From Eledone cirrhosa (taxonomy: Eukaryota): DNA of 64,000 nucleotides. The DNA lies in NCBI GenBank assembly GCA_964016885.1, contig OZ024741.1, positions 300,886,001-300,950,000 of the forward strand, given 5' to 3'. Each line of letters opens with the position of its first letter. The stretch's first letter is position 1. The position numbers were made by a program, and so were the translations under genes. Under the pieces are notes generated by a model. It ran no database searches and was not told where the DNA came from. It saw only the letters and a list, made by a program, of their open reading frames with translations. This document shows, in pieces, positions 23,776 to 37,202 of the stretch.

Positions 23776-26199
23776 TATATTGTATTGTTTTTTATACATT
23801 AAATTTTGCTCTGGTACTTACATAGAGCACTCTTCACTCCTATGACTTTATCTATTTTCAACGGAAACTTCAATACTTATACAGCTCCCAAGGGAATGAT
23901 CGCAACATATTCTACATTTTATGAGATTGGCACCTACCAGCCCTTTTAAAGTCGAGCACTCTTCAGTCAATAGGATTTTAAACCAATACTGAACATGGAT
24001 AAATACTCTTTGGATTACTCTATCAAGAATATCCCAACACCCTCTCACACTTTCTACACGAAAATGCTGATAGACAAAGTAGAGAGGGTTGTTAAAAGAA
24101 TGAGATGGAAAGCTTTGATTCTCGATGGACACTTGAACACAGATTCTACGGAATATTTTGATATCAAAACTCATAAATACCCGGAAAGAGTAAAAGATAT
24201 GACCGCTTTTGAACTAGACCTAGTTAATCTAATCAACAATATCAATTTTCGTAAGTACTCTAACCCTTTTCAATCTAAACTATCTAATGATATCTCAACA
24301 TTCAAATCTTCTAATAATAAGTTTATTTTCTCCGACAAAATTAAAAACCTATATGAAGTTAATAATAATTTACATGACCAACTATTAATAGATAATATCA
24401 CCTCTAAATACCAAATAGCTAATATAAACGCGTATCATAATATAAATAAGGAAGCTAAAGAATTAGCTGTTTCTTTAAAAATAGATAATAGGACAGAAAA
24501 ACTTGCTAAACATAATGAATATATCACCCTTAAAGATCAAAAACCTGACTTTATTAATCGTCATAGTTGTAGATTAATCAACCCTGCTAACTGATATTGG
24601 TCTTGCCAGCCAAAAAAAAAAAAAAATATAAATACACACATTAGAAGTAAGTCTAAATTACTCCAATGGGTAAATAGCTCTTCCGTAGTACATTGGTTTA
24701 ATAAAATTAAAAACAAAAATTGTTCTAGATTCACCCAATTTGACATTGTAGATTTCTACCCATCCATCACTCAGACTCTTTAAGCGAAAGCTTTAAATTT
24801 CGCTAGAAAGTTTATCAATATCTCTGATATTGAAGAGAATGTCATCTTGCACGCTAGAAACACTCTACTCTTTACTGATAATGACACTTGGGTAAACATA
24901 TCTAACCCAGAGAGCCCATTCGATGTCTCAATGGGCTCTTATGACAGTGCAGATGTTTGTGATTTAGTCGGCCTATTCCTCCTACACACACTTAAAGAAA
25001 AATTCCCTAACCATATTTTTGGGCTTTATCGCGACGATGGTCTAATACTTTCCCATACCACCATAGGCCATAACTTAGATAGATTAAGGAAAGACTTAAT
25101 AAAAACCTTTGCTAGTTTTAATCTTAAAATTACTATTGACACTAAACTTTCCAATGTAAATTTCCTAGATATAAACCTAGATTTGTCTACTGCTTCTTAT
25201 AAACCATACCATAAACCTAATGAAAATTTAAAATATATAAATAAAGGATCTTGCCATCCTCCTATAGTTTTTAAAAACCTTATCCCTAATATTAGCCCTA
25301 GGATCTCCACCCTCTCTTCCTCAGAAGCTATTTTCAATAAGGCATCCCCTACTATAATAAAGCCCTCCAAAATAGCGGTTTTAGAGAACCGATTAAATAC
25401 ATACCCAACTATACTAACTCTATTAAACATAAAAACAGGAAAAGAAAAATAATCTGGTTCACACACCCCTACTCTCTAGCAGTTAAAACTAATGTAGGCA
25501 AAAAATTCCTAGAGCTCTTAGATAAACATTTCCCTAGAACACATAGATACTATAAGATTTTTAATAGAAACTGTGTCAAAATTAGCTACTCCTGCGGTCC
25601 CCCTGTTAAATCTTATATCATCAATAAAAATTCACCTAGAGAACATCAAAATTGCTCCTGTAGAATCAAAAGTGAATGCCCATTACAAGGTAAATGCAAC
25701 ACCAAAGCCATTGTATATGCGGCTAAAGTGACAACCAACCAGCCACCAGTGAACGATATGTGGGTATGACGCAAGACAAATTTAAAACGCGTTATTACTC
25801 ACATGTCGCATCCTTTCGACATCCAGAAAAAAAATTTACAACAGCTCTGGCTAGCAGAATATGGGATTTGAAAGACCAAGGTATCCAATATAAATTGGAT
25901 TGGTCAATTTTGAACCAATATAAAGAATATGCAAGGGGAACAAGAAAATGCACGCTCTGCATAAATGAAAAATATTGGATTTTGCAAAACCTTAAATCAC
26001 CAAAGACCTGCCTAAACACAAAGACAGAAATGTTCACCAGTTGCCCACACATGAAATCACACCTGCTTTCCAGTTCATATAAACTTAACACACTTTCAGA
26101 TACTTATCCCCCATAAGCTCTTATTCTTCACTTAAATTATTCTCTTTAAGACTACCTTTTCTGATTTACTTTCATTTTTAACCTTATTATTAATTTTAT

Positions 26200-26342
26200 T
26201 TTTTATTTTTATTTTTATTTTTTTTTTATTTTTATTTTTATTTTTATTTTTATTTTTATTTTTATTTTTATTTTTATTTTTATTTTTATTTTTATTTTTA
26301 TTTTTATTTTTATTTTTATTTCTAGTTTTATTTTTATTTTTA
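26200..26342. repeat. (TTTTTA)n microsatellite in PLE 3' UTR
   Basis: Direct reading. Confidence 0.9.
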
Positions 26343-27512
26343 CTACTACCCCCCCCCCTTTATTCTCCGATTCACTTACCTAATATCTTCACTTTCCACT
26401 TTTTACTTCCCTATTTTCTTCACTACCTGATTACAGGGTCACTTGCGTTTTCCACTCAAGATATTTTCTGTTATTTCGCAGCCAATTTTATATTTTTATA
26501 TTTGTACTCACTTATTCACAAGGCTGTTTTTACACCCTGTATCTGTGTCTGAGCGTCTTTATGTGTGTATACTTTCTGTATATGTACACGAACGCATCCG
26601 TATGTGCGCGCGCGTGCGTGTATATATATATGTGTATGTATGTGTGTTTTTATATCTGTGTTTTTACATCTATGTTCTTTTACATTCTTATTTTTATGTG
26701 TGTGCATGTAACCGGGTCAATGTGCGTGAGTGTGTGTGTGTGTGTTTGTGTGTACGTACTGCATGTATGGATGTGTATGTGTGCGTATGTGTATATATAT
26801 ATATATATTTATGTGTGTGTATATGTGTGTGTGTATACAGTCGCGTACGTACGCGTGATTAGATATACATGGGGCGATGTGTATGTATATATATATGTGC
26901 ATCCTGTGCGTGTGTATGTACGCTTGCATACGCTTTTGTCTGCACGTATTACGTGTATATTTTTTTTTTTTATAGATATATGTTTCTTATAGATATATGT
27001 GTGTATGTACGCGTGTACCTTGTTTGTTTTCTTTTCTTTACTTTGCAATTATTTCTTTCTAAATTATTGTTCCATTTTTATAAATATATCGTGAATGACA
27101 CTTTCTTGTTATTATTACACTTCCTTACCTCTTTTTCTTCGACATATAAGTGTACGTGCGTGTGTGTGTGCTTATACACCTGCCTTCATATTCTTATAAT
27201 GTATCTAATACCCTGTTTTTCTGTCAACCAGACACTCATATCATGTCTGTGTCTGTGGTTACATATACACAGATATACTTGCCATCACACATATATTTAC
27301 GCACACATTTTCACTATACACACACATTTGTACATACATACATATGTATATCTGTGAGTGTATATTCATACATATACACACACCTAACTATATTTCTGAA
27401 AACATTTTTTTTCATATATTTTATATGTCTATTGTATTACCTTTATCTATATATATATAATTTTTGTTTGCATTTCTTGAGGAGACTTTCCAAATATTTC
27501 ACTATGTTTTAT

Positions 27513-27590
27513 ATTGCCTCGTCCGACGAACGAATGAAGACGTTACTTTCTTATTCGTCTTATTCGGGAAACCTCTGGTAATGAGGTAAT
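27513..27590 (+). ncRNA. Hammerhead ribozyme with CCGACGA core (3' pLTR)
   Basis: Same fold as the 5' copy, with a 10-bp stem I ATTGCCTCGT/ATGAGGTAAT. Confidence 0.75.
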
Positions 27591-27691
27591 TATATTGTAT
27601 TGTTTTTTATACATTAAATTTTGCTCTGGTACTTACATAGAGCACTCTTCACTCCTATGACTTTTTCTATTTTCAACGGAAACTTCAATAC

Positions 27692-27782
<91 letters not shown>

Positions 27783-27848
27783 AGCACACATAGTCATGGT
27801 TGTTGAAGCAATAAGAAGTATTTAGCGCTGAGTCAGTGTTATGTTATT

Positions 27849-27903
27849 AAATTCAGATATCAAACATCAGATATCAAGTTCAGATATCAAATTCAGATAT
27901 CAA
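27849..27903. repeat. Short tandem array of ~13-bp TTCAGATATCAA units
   Basis: Four imperfect copies. Confidence 0.8.
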
Positions 27904-28319
27904 GTGTTTAAACTTTACTACCAGAACAAACCTACACTGTTTGACTTGCGTACAGTTTAGATCTCATTATCCACTGCGGTGTATCACAGTACACAACATG
28001 TTTGTTATTCCAGTGTATGCTAGGTCAGGATTTGTGTTATTTCTTATTTGTTTTTTCTTTAACAAAGATAATGAAGTCACCATGGATTTTAACTTACTGG
28101 TCCTGATATAATAACTCCAGTGATGCAGGTCTGTAACAAATTCATAATAACCAACTTTTCCTACACCACCCCTTCCATGGTTACATGCTTTCGGTACATG
28201 AACTTTCATACTTCAAATAATCTGTATGCCATCAAATCGGCAAACTGAAACGTCCTTTCCGAAAAATACACATCGAAGGTTCACTCAATATATCCAAGAC
28301 GATTTTCTGGGGACATACC

Positions 28320-28517
28320 TTAACCCTATAGCATTAATATTACTCTATATATACTATTGTATTTTCACGGTAGTATCGAATCTATGAGATTTTTATATAA
28401 TTTATTTTGAAAACAATACCTTAACATCTGTATAAGCAGCCGATTACAGCCGGTTTGAACAGAAAGAGGTGAGAGAATTCTGGCCGGATAGGGCCGGTTT
28501 AAATGCTAAAGCCTTAA
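28320..28517. mobile_element. piggyBac-type MITE (degenerate)
   Basis: TTAA-CCCTATAGCATT ... AATGCTAAAGCC-TTAA. Confidence 0.6.
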
Positions 28518-28837
28518 AATCAAGAGAGTATTTGTGCTGTGAGATAAATGTCGTCCACGTATTTGTTCATGGCAGTCAGTTTCATTCAATTTATTTGTAG
28601 TATTCTAGTAAAAAAAATGTTTAATCAAGTAATCAAAAAGGACGCCTTTGGCGACATGTCATGGATACATTGATATCTAGCATCTAGTATACGTGACCTT
28701 CCTTAAACGCAAATAATGGTGTCCAGTATCTTACATACAACAGTGAAATACATATATAAAAATGCCCACTGAATTTTCAATGACCCCGTAATATGAAGGA
28801 ATATTTCTAAATCTGTGTAGATCTTACTTTATATAAT

Positions 28838-29080
28838 TGTTTCTACTTTAGGCACAAGGCCAGCAATTACCCAGTGTATTACTGGTACTTTGCCAGCATC
28901 CTTTTTTTTCTGGAGCGTCGATTAAATTAACCCCTGTGCATTACTGGTACATTATTTTGTCGACCCTTAAGGATGAAAAGCAAAGTTAAGCTCGGTGGGA
29001 TTTGAACTCACAACGTTAAGCGCCTTAACTATGCGGCGAAGCATGATGTCCGGCGCTCGACGGATACTGCCAATCCACCG
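28838..29080 (-). mobile_element. tRNA-derived SINE with internal duplication
   Basis: Reverse complement of the SINE consensus (GGATTTGAACTC, GATACTGCCAATCCACCG). Confidence 0.85.
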
Positions 29081-29395
29081 TCCTTCTTATAATACAATGT
29101 AAATTATGACACGCTCATGATCCAATATTTGTAATCAAATAGAATATATCAAAATGATAACACATACTTTTATACATTGAATCCCTTCTTGAACAACTAA
29201 TTGAGACCACAAGTCGCAGTAAAATTGCCAGATATTGTAAATCATTTCGATGAAACAATTGAGCATCAATTTGAGAGATATAATTTTGTTCAAATTCAGT
29301 TATGAAATGATTATCTCATACTTCTATTATATTGTCGATTATATTATCCATTATATCATCCCTATTTTTAAGACTGTAGAAACTCCCTCATTGTT

Positions 29396-29530
29396 TGGAG
29401 TTAAAATCGCGCCGAGGTTAGCTTTGGCTTTCATCCTTACGGGGTCTATAAAATAAAGTACCGGCAATGCACTGGGGTCGATTGAATCGACTTTCCCCCC
29501 TCCTACAAAATTGTTGACCTTCTGCCTAAA
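29396..29530 (+). mobile_element. SINE, 5'-truncated
   Basis: GCCGAGGTTAGCTTTGGCTTTCATCCTTACGGGGTCTATAAAATAAAGTACC. Confidence 0.8.
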
Positions 29531-30164
29531 ATGCAAAAACCCTTATTTGGAGTCAATAGGAATGCCCTATCGTCAAAGCCAGTACTACAGCTGTGTTCTA
29601 CAATACATCATATTCGTAACAACGTCAAGACAAACACATTGTTCTTTTCTCCTTTGAAATGTGAGAAAAACATTACTTTACTTGGAAATTTCTTTATTAA
29701 CATTTGTTGGATACATGAAAGCTATCGTAGTTACATTTCTCGGTGTGTGGACTGTTACAGAAAACACGAGCGATTATATTGAAACATTTCTTACCGAAAT
29801 AGTTCTTACCATTACAATTCGTAAATAGGCATTCCCAATAACATCCCAATTCGCCACACGTACCACGAAGAAGTTGATCAATATGATACGTAGGATTTTG
29901 GGCAATTATTTCTCAATTAAAACAAAACTTCAATATGTTTATTTTGAATAGTTTGTTCGATTATTGGATTTGGAAGATTATTTCTAATTTGCTAAATACC
30001 ATATTCGACTGGATATATCAGTATTAATTATAGATGAGCGGGGCGAGATAAATTTCTATTAGTAATCGGGGACATGAAATCAGGAGTTCTAAAATTTGAC
30101 TATAATCATTGGTCTAGAATATTGCCATTGTCATTTATTGAAGTTACTTTGAGAAACATGTGGC

Positions 30165-30562
30165 CAGACCCCAAATAATAGGTAAGGCATGGAATAAGCG
30201 GGGAGGTTGCAATAAGTGGGGGAGTTGGAATAAGTAGGGGGGAAACAAACTGGGAGATTGGATAATCGCTAATCTTTCTAGGTTGTCTCTTTTGATTTTT
30301 TTTTTAAACCAGAATTAGCTGCTTAGTTTACATATTGAGACCCCAACCCATCCTATTTATGTTATAACTTATGGGTTTTCTTGTAATGTTGTTTATTTTT
30401 TAACTTTTTTTAATACATAAAGAAAATTAATTGTCGCAGGAACGCTACTACTTAAAAAACAATTACGCCGGAGATAGATTAGCAAAACTTAATAAGAGGG
30501 GTGGGGAAAAATCTGAAAACTTAATAAGCAGGTGGAAGACGATTATCCGGGACCCAAGAATA
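30165..30562. mobile_element. MITE-like element, copy 2
   Basis: Shares TAGTTTACATATTGAGACC, AAAGAAAATTAAT..TCGCAGGA and CCGGA.ATAGATTAGCAAA with 10807-11169. Ends TTATCCGGGACCCAAGAATA. Confidence 0.65.
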
Positions 30563-30779
30563 AGTGATGTAGTAAAAAATGATAGAATATGATAGTATTC
30601 CGTTGGCGTAGTACACTAATTCAATCAAGTCGAACAAGGAAGGAATAGAATAAAAATGTGAATATTGTTAAAGGGAAATTGTAGCATACTGTAACACGTT
30701 TATTAATATGGTGCACTGTGCAACAAACAGAGAGCTTTCGCAAAGGCAAGTTGTTAGTTAACTCACCCCATACACTTTA

Positions 30780-31780
30780 AAAGGGTTTCAAGTGAATCAA
30801 TGAGACAAATGTGTCCGTATCTTCTTTGGGAGGCAGACGGCTATTGTTCACGGCAGATTGAATGCTGAGTTTACCCGTAAGTTATATTTATCACCTCTGA
30901 TTTGCACAAGCTTTTCCCGATTCCAAGACGCAGTTGCGTTGTGAAAGTCATCGCAGAGGTCAACCTGACTTCTTAGGTTCGTGCAGTTGATATACCAGGT
31001 GTTCCAACATTTACTTAATCAGGTTGGGAAGGGCGTGAAATGCTAATGAAAGTAGAAATTGTAACTGGGAATCGCCTATTTGGGACAATTTCGGAGGAAA
31101 GGATATTACTAGTTAACACATTTATATTTTCCTCGGAAATATGTCAGTAGGAATACTGGAGAGGGCTTTCGCTGAAAATGCAGTTAAAGAATGAGTAAAA
31201 TGCAAGGACTATCCTAGAGGAATACATATATATATGAAGTGCCTCGCACAAAAGGGCTGTTGCTTCCCATTTGCTGTTCACGATAAAACCATATAGAGTG
31301 GAGCCCAATTTTTGTTGACGTCGAGTCATCAGAAATGTTACCAAATAATATGGCACGAACACCTCCGTTTTACCATCCCAATACAGTCAAACTGACTGAG
31401 AAGAGAACGTCGAAAGTCTAGAGGTGATGTTCGACGTGGAATATGCTGTTCGTTAGATAAGCGATCGACCAATGTCAATGTAGATTTACCATCATAACGT
31501 GCAGCGAAGTTACGTTTTACTGTGTCCTGTAACCAGGCTTCTATCCAGAGGCTGTAATTAATCAGGTATTACCCTGCAAAGACTGGTGCTTCATTGGAAA
31601 AGCTGTTAAACCATCGGGTTTGCGCTGGATGATCGAAGCATTCACTGTTAGTAACCTCACTGCAGTACAAATGTCTCTTCCTGTGAATTCTACATTGATG
31701 CGTGTAAGGATACTTTTGTTGTTGAGAGGTGTGTTGGCGAATGCTAGAAAAATGTAGTACTGCTGAAGCTTCGCGCGAGA
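30780..31780 (+). pseudogene. Possible very old LINE RT remnant
   Basis: Higher-GC stretch with a frameshifted GC..SHLLFTI (QGCxLSPLLF-like) at ~31255 and FVD at ~31312. Weak support. Confidence 0.3.
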
Positions 31781-33009
31781 GAGATATGAGGAATTGTTTT
31801 GAAAACCACGATATTAAACACAGATTTGGGTAATCAAAAGAGGGAGTTCTAATCTTATGGCTCTCGGAATACAGTCTTCGTCAAATGCCTTGCAAAACGA
31901 GGGAATAGTTCGTGGGAACATAGGCATATGATGAAAATACTCACCCCTCCCGTATCGGATTATTTCAACGATATTAAAACTTTGTTAGTTTCCCACTATA
32001 ATAACACGAGTGCCTAATAATTATCATATGTTTGAAATAGATAAATTTACAATATCGTTTTGTATTGAAAAATTTCTCCACACATATGACATTATCATAT
32101 TTTGTTTTGTTTCTATGTATTTTTAATAGAGACGAATGTAGATTTTAGATTTAGATTTAAATAGGAAAATGGATTGAAATTGAAAAAAGCAAACACAAAA
32201 TACTCATTGTGAATTAAAAATATATATATAATTTAAAAGACAGAATGATTCTATACTTATAATTTTATGTATATGCGGTGATTTAAAGCCCGTACATACT
32301 TTTGCAGAGGAAAAGTTTTTTAATCCTCACATTGCTAGCATTATAATTAACATTTTTCTCTTGTCGAACTTGTATTTCGATTATATATGTTTTGTTATAT
32401 ATGCAGGGAATAGAATTATTTCATCAGAGTAATTTCAGGTTTAAATATTTCTGACGCCTTATAAACCGAGTATGGCTCAATGCTGTTGGATTATAATGAC
32501 GAAATAGAAAGAAATAAGTGCCATAGACAGCAGCAGCACCAGCAGCAGTAGTAGTAGTAGTAGTAGTAGCGGTGCTAGCGGTGGTAGCGGCGGTGGCGAC
32601 GGTGGTGGTGGTGGTGGTTCAAGTGCTGTGGTGATTGGGGAAAATAGGAGATTACGCTGATCAAGAAAAGTCAGAGGCGTCGACAACGATCGACACTGGA
32701 TCACTTTAAGTTGAGTACCAAATTGTTTTTGATGTTACATTTTGTTGCCGGGGTAACATTGTGACAAAAGTAGGTAATAAATAGATATTGTAAAATAAAT
32801 AGATATTATAAAATAACTGCGAATTTTAAGTTATGCAAATATGAATATATTAATATACTAAGTAGTTGTGTTTGTGAAACGACAACAAACACCCGGTCTA
32901 CCCTTAAGGTGACCATACTGGTGATACGATGGAAAAGACACCAGTGCAACCTGTCAGATGGTTGTTTTGATGTCACAACAAAAAGCACCTACTCCACACT
33001 GTAAATGTG

Positions 33010-33152
33010 TTTGGCGTTAGGAAGGGCATCCAGTCGTGGAAACCAAGCCAGAAACAGTATTGTATGATCATGTCACAGGTCAGAAGTATCACAACGGGAA
33101 GATTCGTCTAACCCAGGCTAGCGTGGAAAATGACATTTAACGGAGATGATGA
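33010..33152 (+). mobile_element. Second SINE type, 3' part with RTE-like tail
   Basis: GGCGTTAGGAAGGGCATCCAG..AACCCAGGCTAGCGTGGAAAATGAC..GATGATGA. Confidence 0.6.
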
Positions 33153-33257
33153 TAACAGGCATGTTGAATGAATAAAATTATAATCAAATTATTATATATC
33201 TTCCCAATATGATAGAAATATACACACACAATCACACACACACACACACACACACAA

Positions 33258-33342
<85 letters not shown>

Positions 33343-33361
33343 TATACATATATATACATAT

Positions 33362-35910
33362 AAAGAAAAAAAGAGGAAATCGAAAATGCAACTGGAGTCT
33401 TATTTTTAAAAAAATATATATATTTATTTGGTTCCTTTACCGGTTTCGCAGTTCTTCTGCTTTTCAAAAGTAGAGTTGAGATGGAGGGTCTGTGGTTTTT
33501 CACACATCTGGTTGGTCTTTGAATGTTACTTGTTTTAAATGGAAAAAAGTGGCTCGAAACACCAGGTTTTTAGAGAAGTAATTTGATTAGTTGCTCAATA
33601 AGAGTAATGAATTTCGCGCTCGTATTTGGTCAATAAGTATAATAAATTTCGCGCCAGTTCGCGTTACAAAGTTCTTCAAACAGGGGGGGGGGGGAGGCTC
33701 AGGTTGTTTGTTCATATATGAGTGTTTGAATTTCTTTAAAAAAAGGGACCCACGAAGGCTTTTGTTTTTAATTGTAATTTGATTGGTTATAAATGAAATT
33801 ATGGTTGTCACGTATTTGGGAATTTATTTTGTAGCCTTTTAGAGAATGTTATCACAAGCAAAAGAATGGTCAAGAGAAATGGGATGGGAGAATTGTTCTG
33901 GTTCAGTGAATATGGCTAGTTCGTTGGGGTGTTAGAATTCAGATTTTCTATTGAAATAAAGAAAGTAGAGATATGTATGTTGATTTGTGCACTACTGAAA
34001 CAAGACCCAAGAATGAAAAAAGGCCTTGAAACAGACAAAATGATCAAAAGCAAAAGACAACCGAAATCACTGAAAACATTACTCACCAATGCCAAATTAC
34101 CTACCACGAACTCACAACCAACTGTCAAAAAATGTGGTCGCTCTAATTGTGGAACCTGCACTCACCTCATTGAAGGCAACACGTATACATTTAAATCAGG
34201 ACAAAATTTTGCTGTAAAAAATCACTTCACTTGCTCATCAAAATATTTAATTTATGCATTAAATGTAAAGGATGCAATGAAGATTATATAGGACAAACTA
34301 AACTCACACTCAGAAATAGAATGACAGTTCATCGCCAACAATTACGAGATCCAACCACGAGACAGATACCACTAAGCGCATATCTAGACATTTGCGCAAG
34401 TAATAATACACCCAATTTCCAAGTCTTCCCATTTTACCTTTGCGCTGATAATACAACAGGACAAATACGAATAAATAAGGAAAATATGTTTATTCAAAAA
34501 TATAGACCAGCATTAAATATGGTTTAATATACATTATGTCAACACCCACCATAACATGCTAACCATCCAAACTGGCACATACACACACACACATAACACC
34601 TTCTACTTTAGAAAATAAAAACCCGAACTAAATAAACCTTAACATACGTTTGCGCTGACAATACAACAGGACAAATACGAATAAGTAAGGAAAATATGTT
34701 CATTCAAAAATATTCCTACTAACGGAATCATTTCCCCCCCCCCCACACACAAAATATATATATATATATATTCTCTTCATCTTAACATGCTAACCATACT
34801 CCCACGCACACATAACACCCATACACACACACATAACAATACATACACACAACTCCCTCCCCCATTTCTACTAATAGAATCACTTTCCTACACATACACA
34901 CACACATACATAATATATATATATTCTCTCCATCTTAACATACTCCCACATACACACACATAACACCCATATATACACACACACAACTCCCTCCCCCATT
35001 TCTGCTAATAGAATCATCTTCCTATATACACACACACACAAGCACACAAATCAACATACATATCTCTACTTTCTTTATTTCAATAGAAAATCTGAATTCT
35101 GACACCCCAGCGAACTAACCATATTCACTAAACCACAATACTTCTCCCATCCCATTTCTCTTGACCATTCTTTTGCTTGTCATAAAATTCTCTAAAACGC
35201 TACAAAATAAATTCCCAAATACGGGCGCGAAACTTAATGAACTTGTTTACGTGACAGTCATAATTTCATTTATAACCAATCAAATTACATTTTTTTTAAA
35301 AAAGCCTTCGTGAGCCACTTTTTTTTATTGTCATAAAATTCTCTAAAAGGCTACAAAATAAATTCCCAAATTCGGACGCGTAATTTAATGAACTTGTTCA
35401 GGTGACAACCATAATTTCATTTATAACCAATCAAATTACATTTTTAAAAAAAAAGCCTTCGTGAGCCCCTTTTTTTTAAGAAATTCAAACACTCATATAT
35501 GAAAAAAACAACCTTACCCCCCCCCCCCTTATTTGAAGAACTTTGTAACGCGAACTGGCGCGAAATTTATTATACTTATTGAAAAAATTAGGGGCGCGAA
35601 ATGTATTACTCTTATTGACCAACCAATCAAATTACTTCTCTAAAAGCCTGGCGTTTCGAGCCACTTTTTTCCATATGAAACAAGTAACATTCAAAGACCA
35701 ACCAGATGTGAGAAAAACCACAGACCCTCCATCTCAACTCTACTTTTGAAAAGCAGAAGAACTGCGAAACCGGTAAAGGAACCAAATAAATATATATATT
35801 TTTTTTATAAATAAAACTCCAGTTGCATTTTCGATTTCATCTTTTTTTTCTTTATACTTTCACTCGTGTAGGACACCTCGGTTATTTTTCATTTTGTAAA
35901 AAGACCTCAC

Positions 35911-35918
<8 letters not shown>
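33362..35918 (+). mobile_element. 5'-truncated Neptune-type PLE (GIY-YIG + pLTR) preceded by inverted pLTR (33362-33990); same family as 46855-52765
   Basis: ORFs 33929-34291 and 34231-34527 match the C-terminus of 50373-51557. U3-A8 HHRs at 33434-33471 (-) and 35742-35779 (+). Confidence 0.92.
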
Positions 35919-35965
<47 letters not shown>

Positions 35966-37019
35966 TACAGATATATATTATATATTACTCTTTACAATTT
36001 TACCTGTTCCAGCTGACTGGATGAGGTCATACTGGGGCACCACCAATAACTCTATACTTTCTATAGCAAGCCATCCTACTTTGGCCATTGATGTAGGAGA
36101 TAGTTCGTTGCTGTCAACCTTCGCCCTGTACTATAGGTTTATCGGGTATCTTTGTTAGCAGAATGTCGATATGTTTCTTTAAATCATCTACATACACACG
36201 ATATAGATCTCTCAAAACTTTTGTCACCTTGTTATATGTGTGCGTGCGTTATATGCCTTTGAGTAACTTCATTTCATGTAATAAGAGGTACTTCAATCTC
36301 GCAATCTTATGAAATTGATTTAACTAAATTTTTCAATAGCTATGATTTCTATGCACATTTTAATAACCGCATGCTATAGTCGCGCCTAGATGTATTTTAA
36401 TTTAATGCAGGTGGCATGTTAGCCGTATTTTAATGAGATTCAATTCAAAGGAAAACAATAAGCTTTCAAATGATAAAGAAAATTTATCTAATTTATTTGC
36501 TTCAGAGCTAGAAATAGGTTTTCTTTTCAATTACTCTTAATTTCATTCTATTTTACTTATTTATAAATATAATGATTGCGCATTAATTATAAACATCATA
36601 ATCGCTGTGTCCACTCTGTAGTTGGGAATAAATATGTTTCAATATCAATTTCGTTTCTCATACAGTTTACCATGCATGTTATTAAAATACTTTAAATAAA
36701 CGCAACATACTAGCAACGTAAACTATGGTTATTGTAATTAAAGGAATATTGTCATTAAGGTAATTTAGCATGTTCATATTTTCAATCAAATTATAATTAG
36801 ATATATAAATATTTCAAATTAGTCAAATTTACAACGAGAAAATCATATATAAAAATATATTCTATTTTAACGTTGATAATTATGTTCTCCGGTATTTTTA
36901 AACGGCTAGTTATATAAATTTTAGTAGGAAGAGAAAAACGATCGCTTTAGGCTCTACAGGTTTATTCACTTGCCATAACGATTTGATTTTGGCTTAATGG
37001 CAATGATACATAGTAATAA

Positions 37020-37202
37020 TTGTTTCTACTTTTGGCACAAGGCCAGCAATTATCCAGTGTATTACTGGTACTTTATTTTATCGACCCTGTAAGGATGAAA
37101 GGCAAAGTTTACCTCGGCGGGATTTGAATTAAGAATGGCAAGGGCCATAACTCTATGCGTCAAAGCATGGCGTCCGACCCTCTACCGATACTGCCAATCC
37201 AC
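37020..37202 (-). mobile_element. tRNA-derived SINE
   Basis: Reverse complement of the SINE consensus. Confidence 0.9.

Larger units (their letters stand above)
23230..27690 (+). mobile_element. Full-length but frameshifted Hydra-type PLE with two direct pLTRs (~23230-23877, ~27052-27690)
   Basis: ORFs 23995-24594 (YSIKNIPTP, SDK, RLINP), 24847-25452 ([15 protein letters not shown]) and 25760-26116 (VGMT..FKTRY, CTLCINEK). Flanked by (TA)n. Confidence 0.92.

Noticed and set aside
24592-24594. TGA after RLINPAN as a possible selenocysteine codon (as in some Naiad PLEs)
   Set aside because: The conserved TDIG continues in another frame, so this is a frameshift. The endonuclease is C-terminal (not Naiad) and no SECIS was recognised.
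27849-27903. Short regular repeats (also 15381-15445) as a CRISPR-like array
   Set aside because: There are no unique spacers and the context is eukaryotic. These are simple minisatellites.
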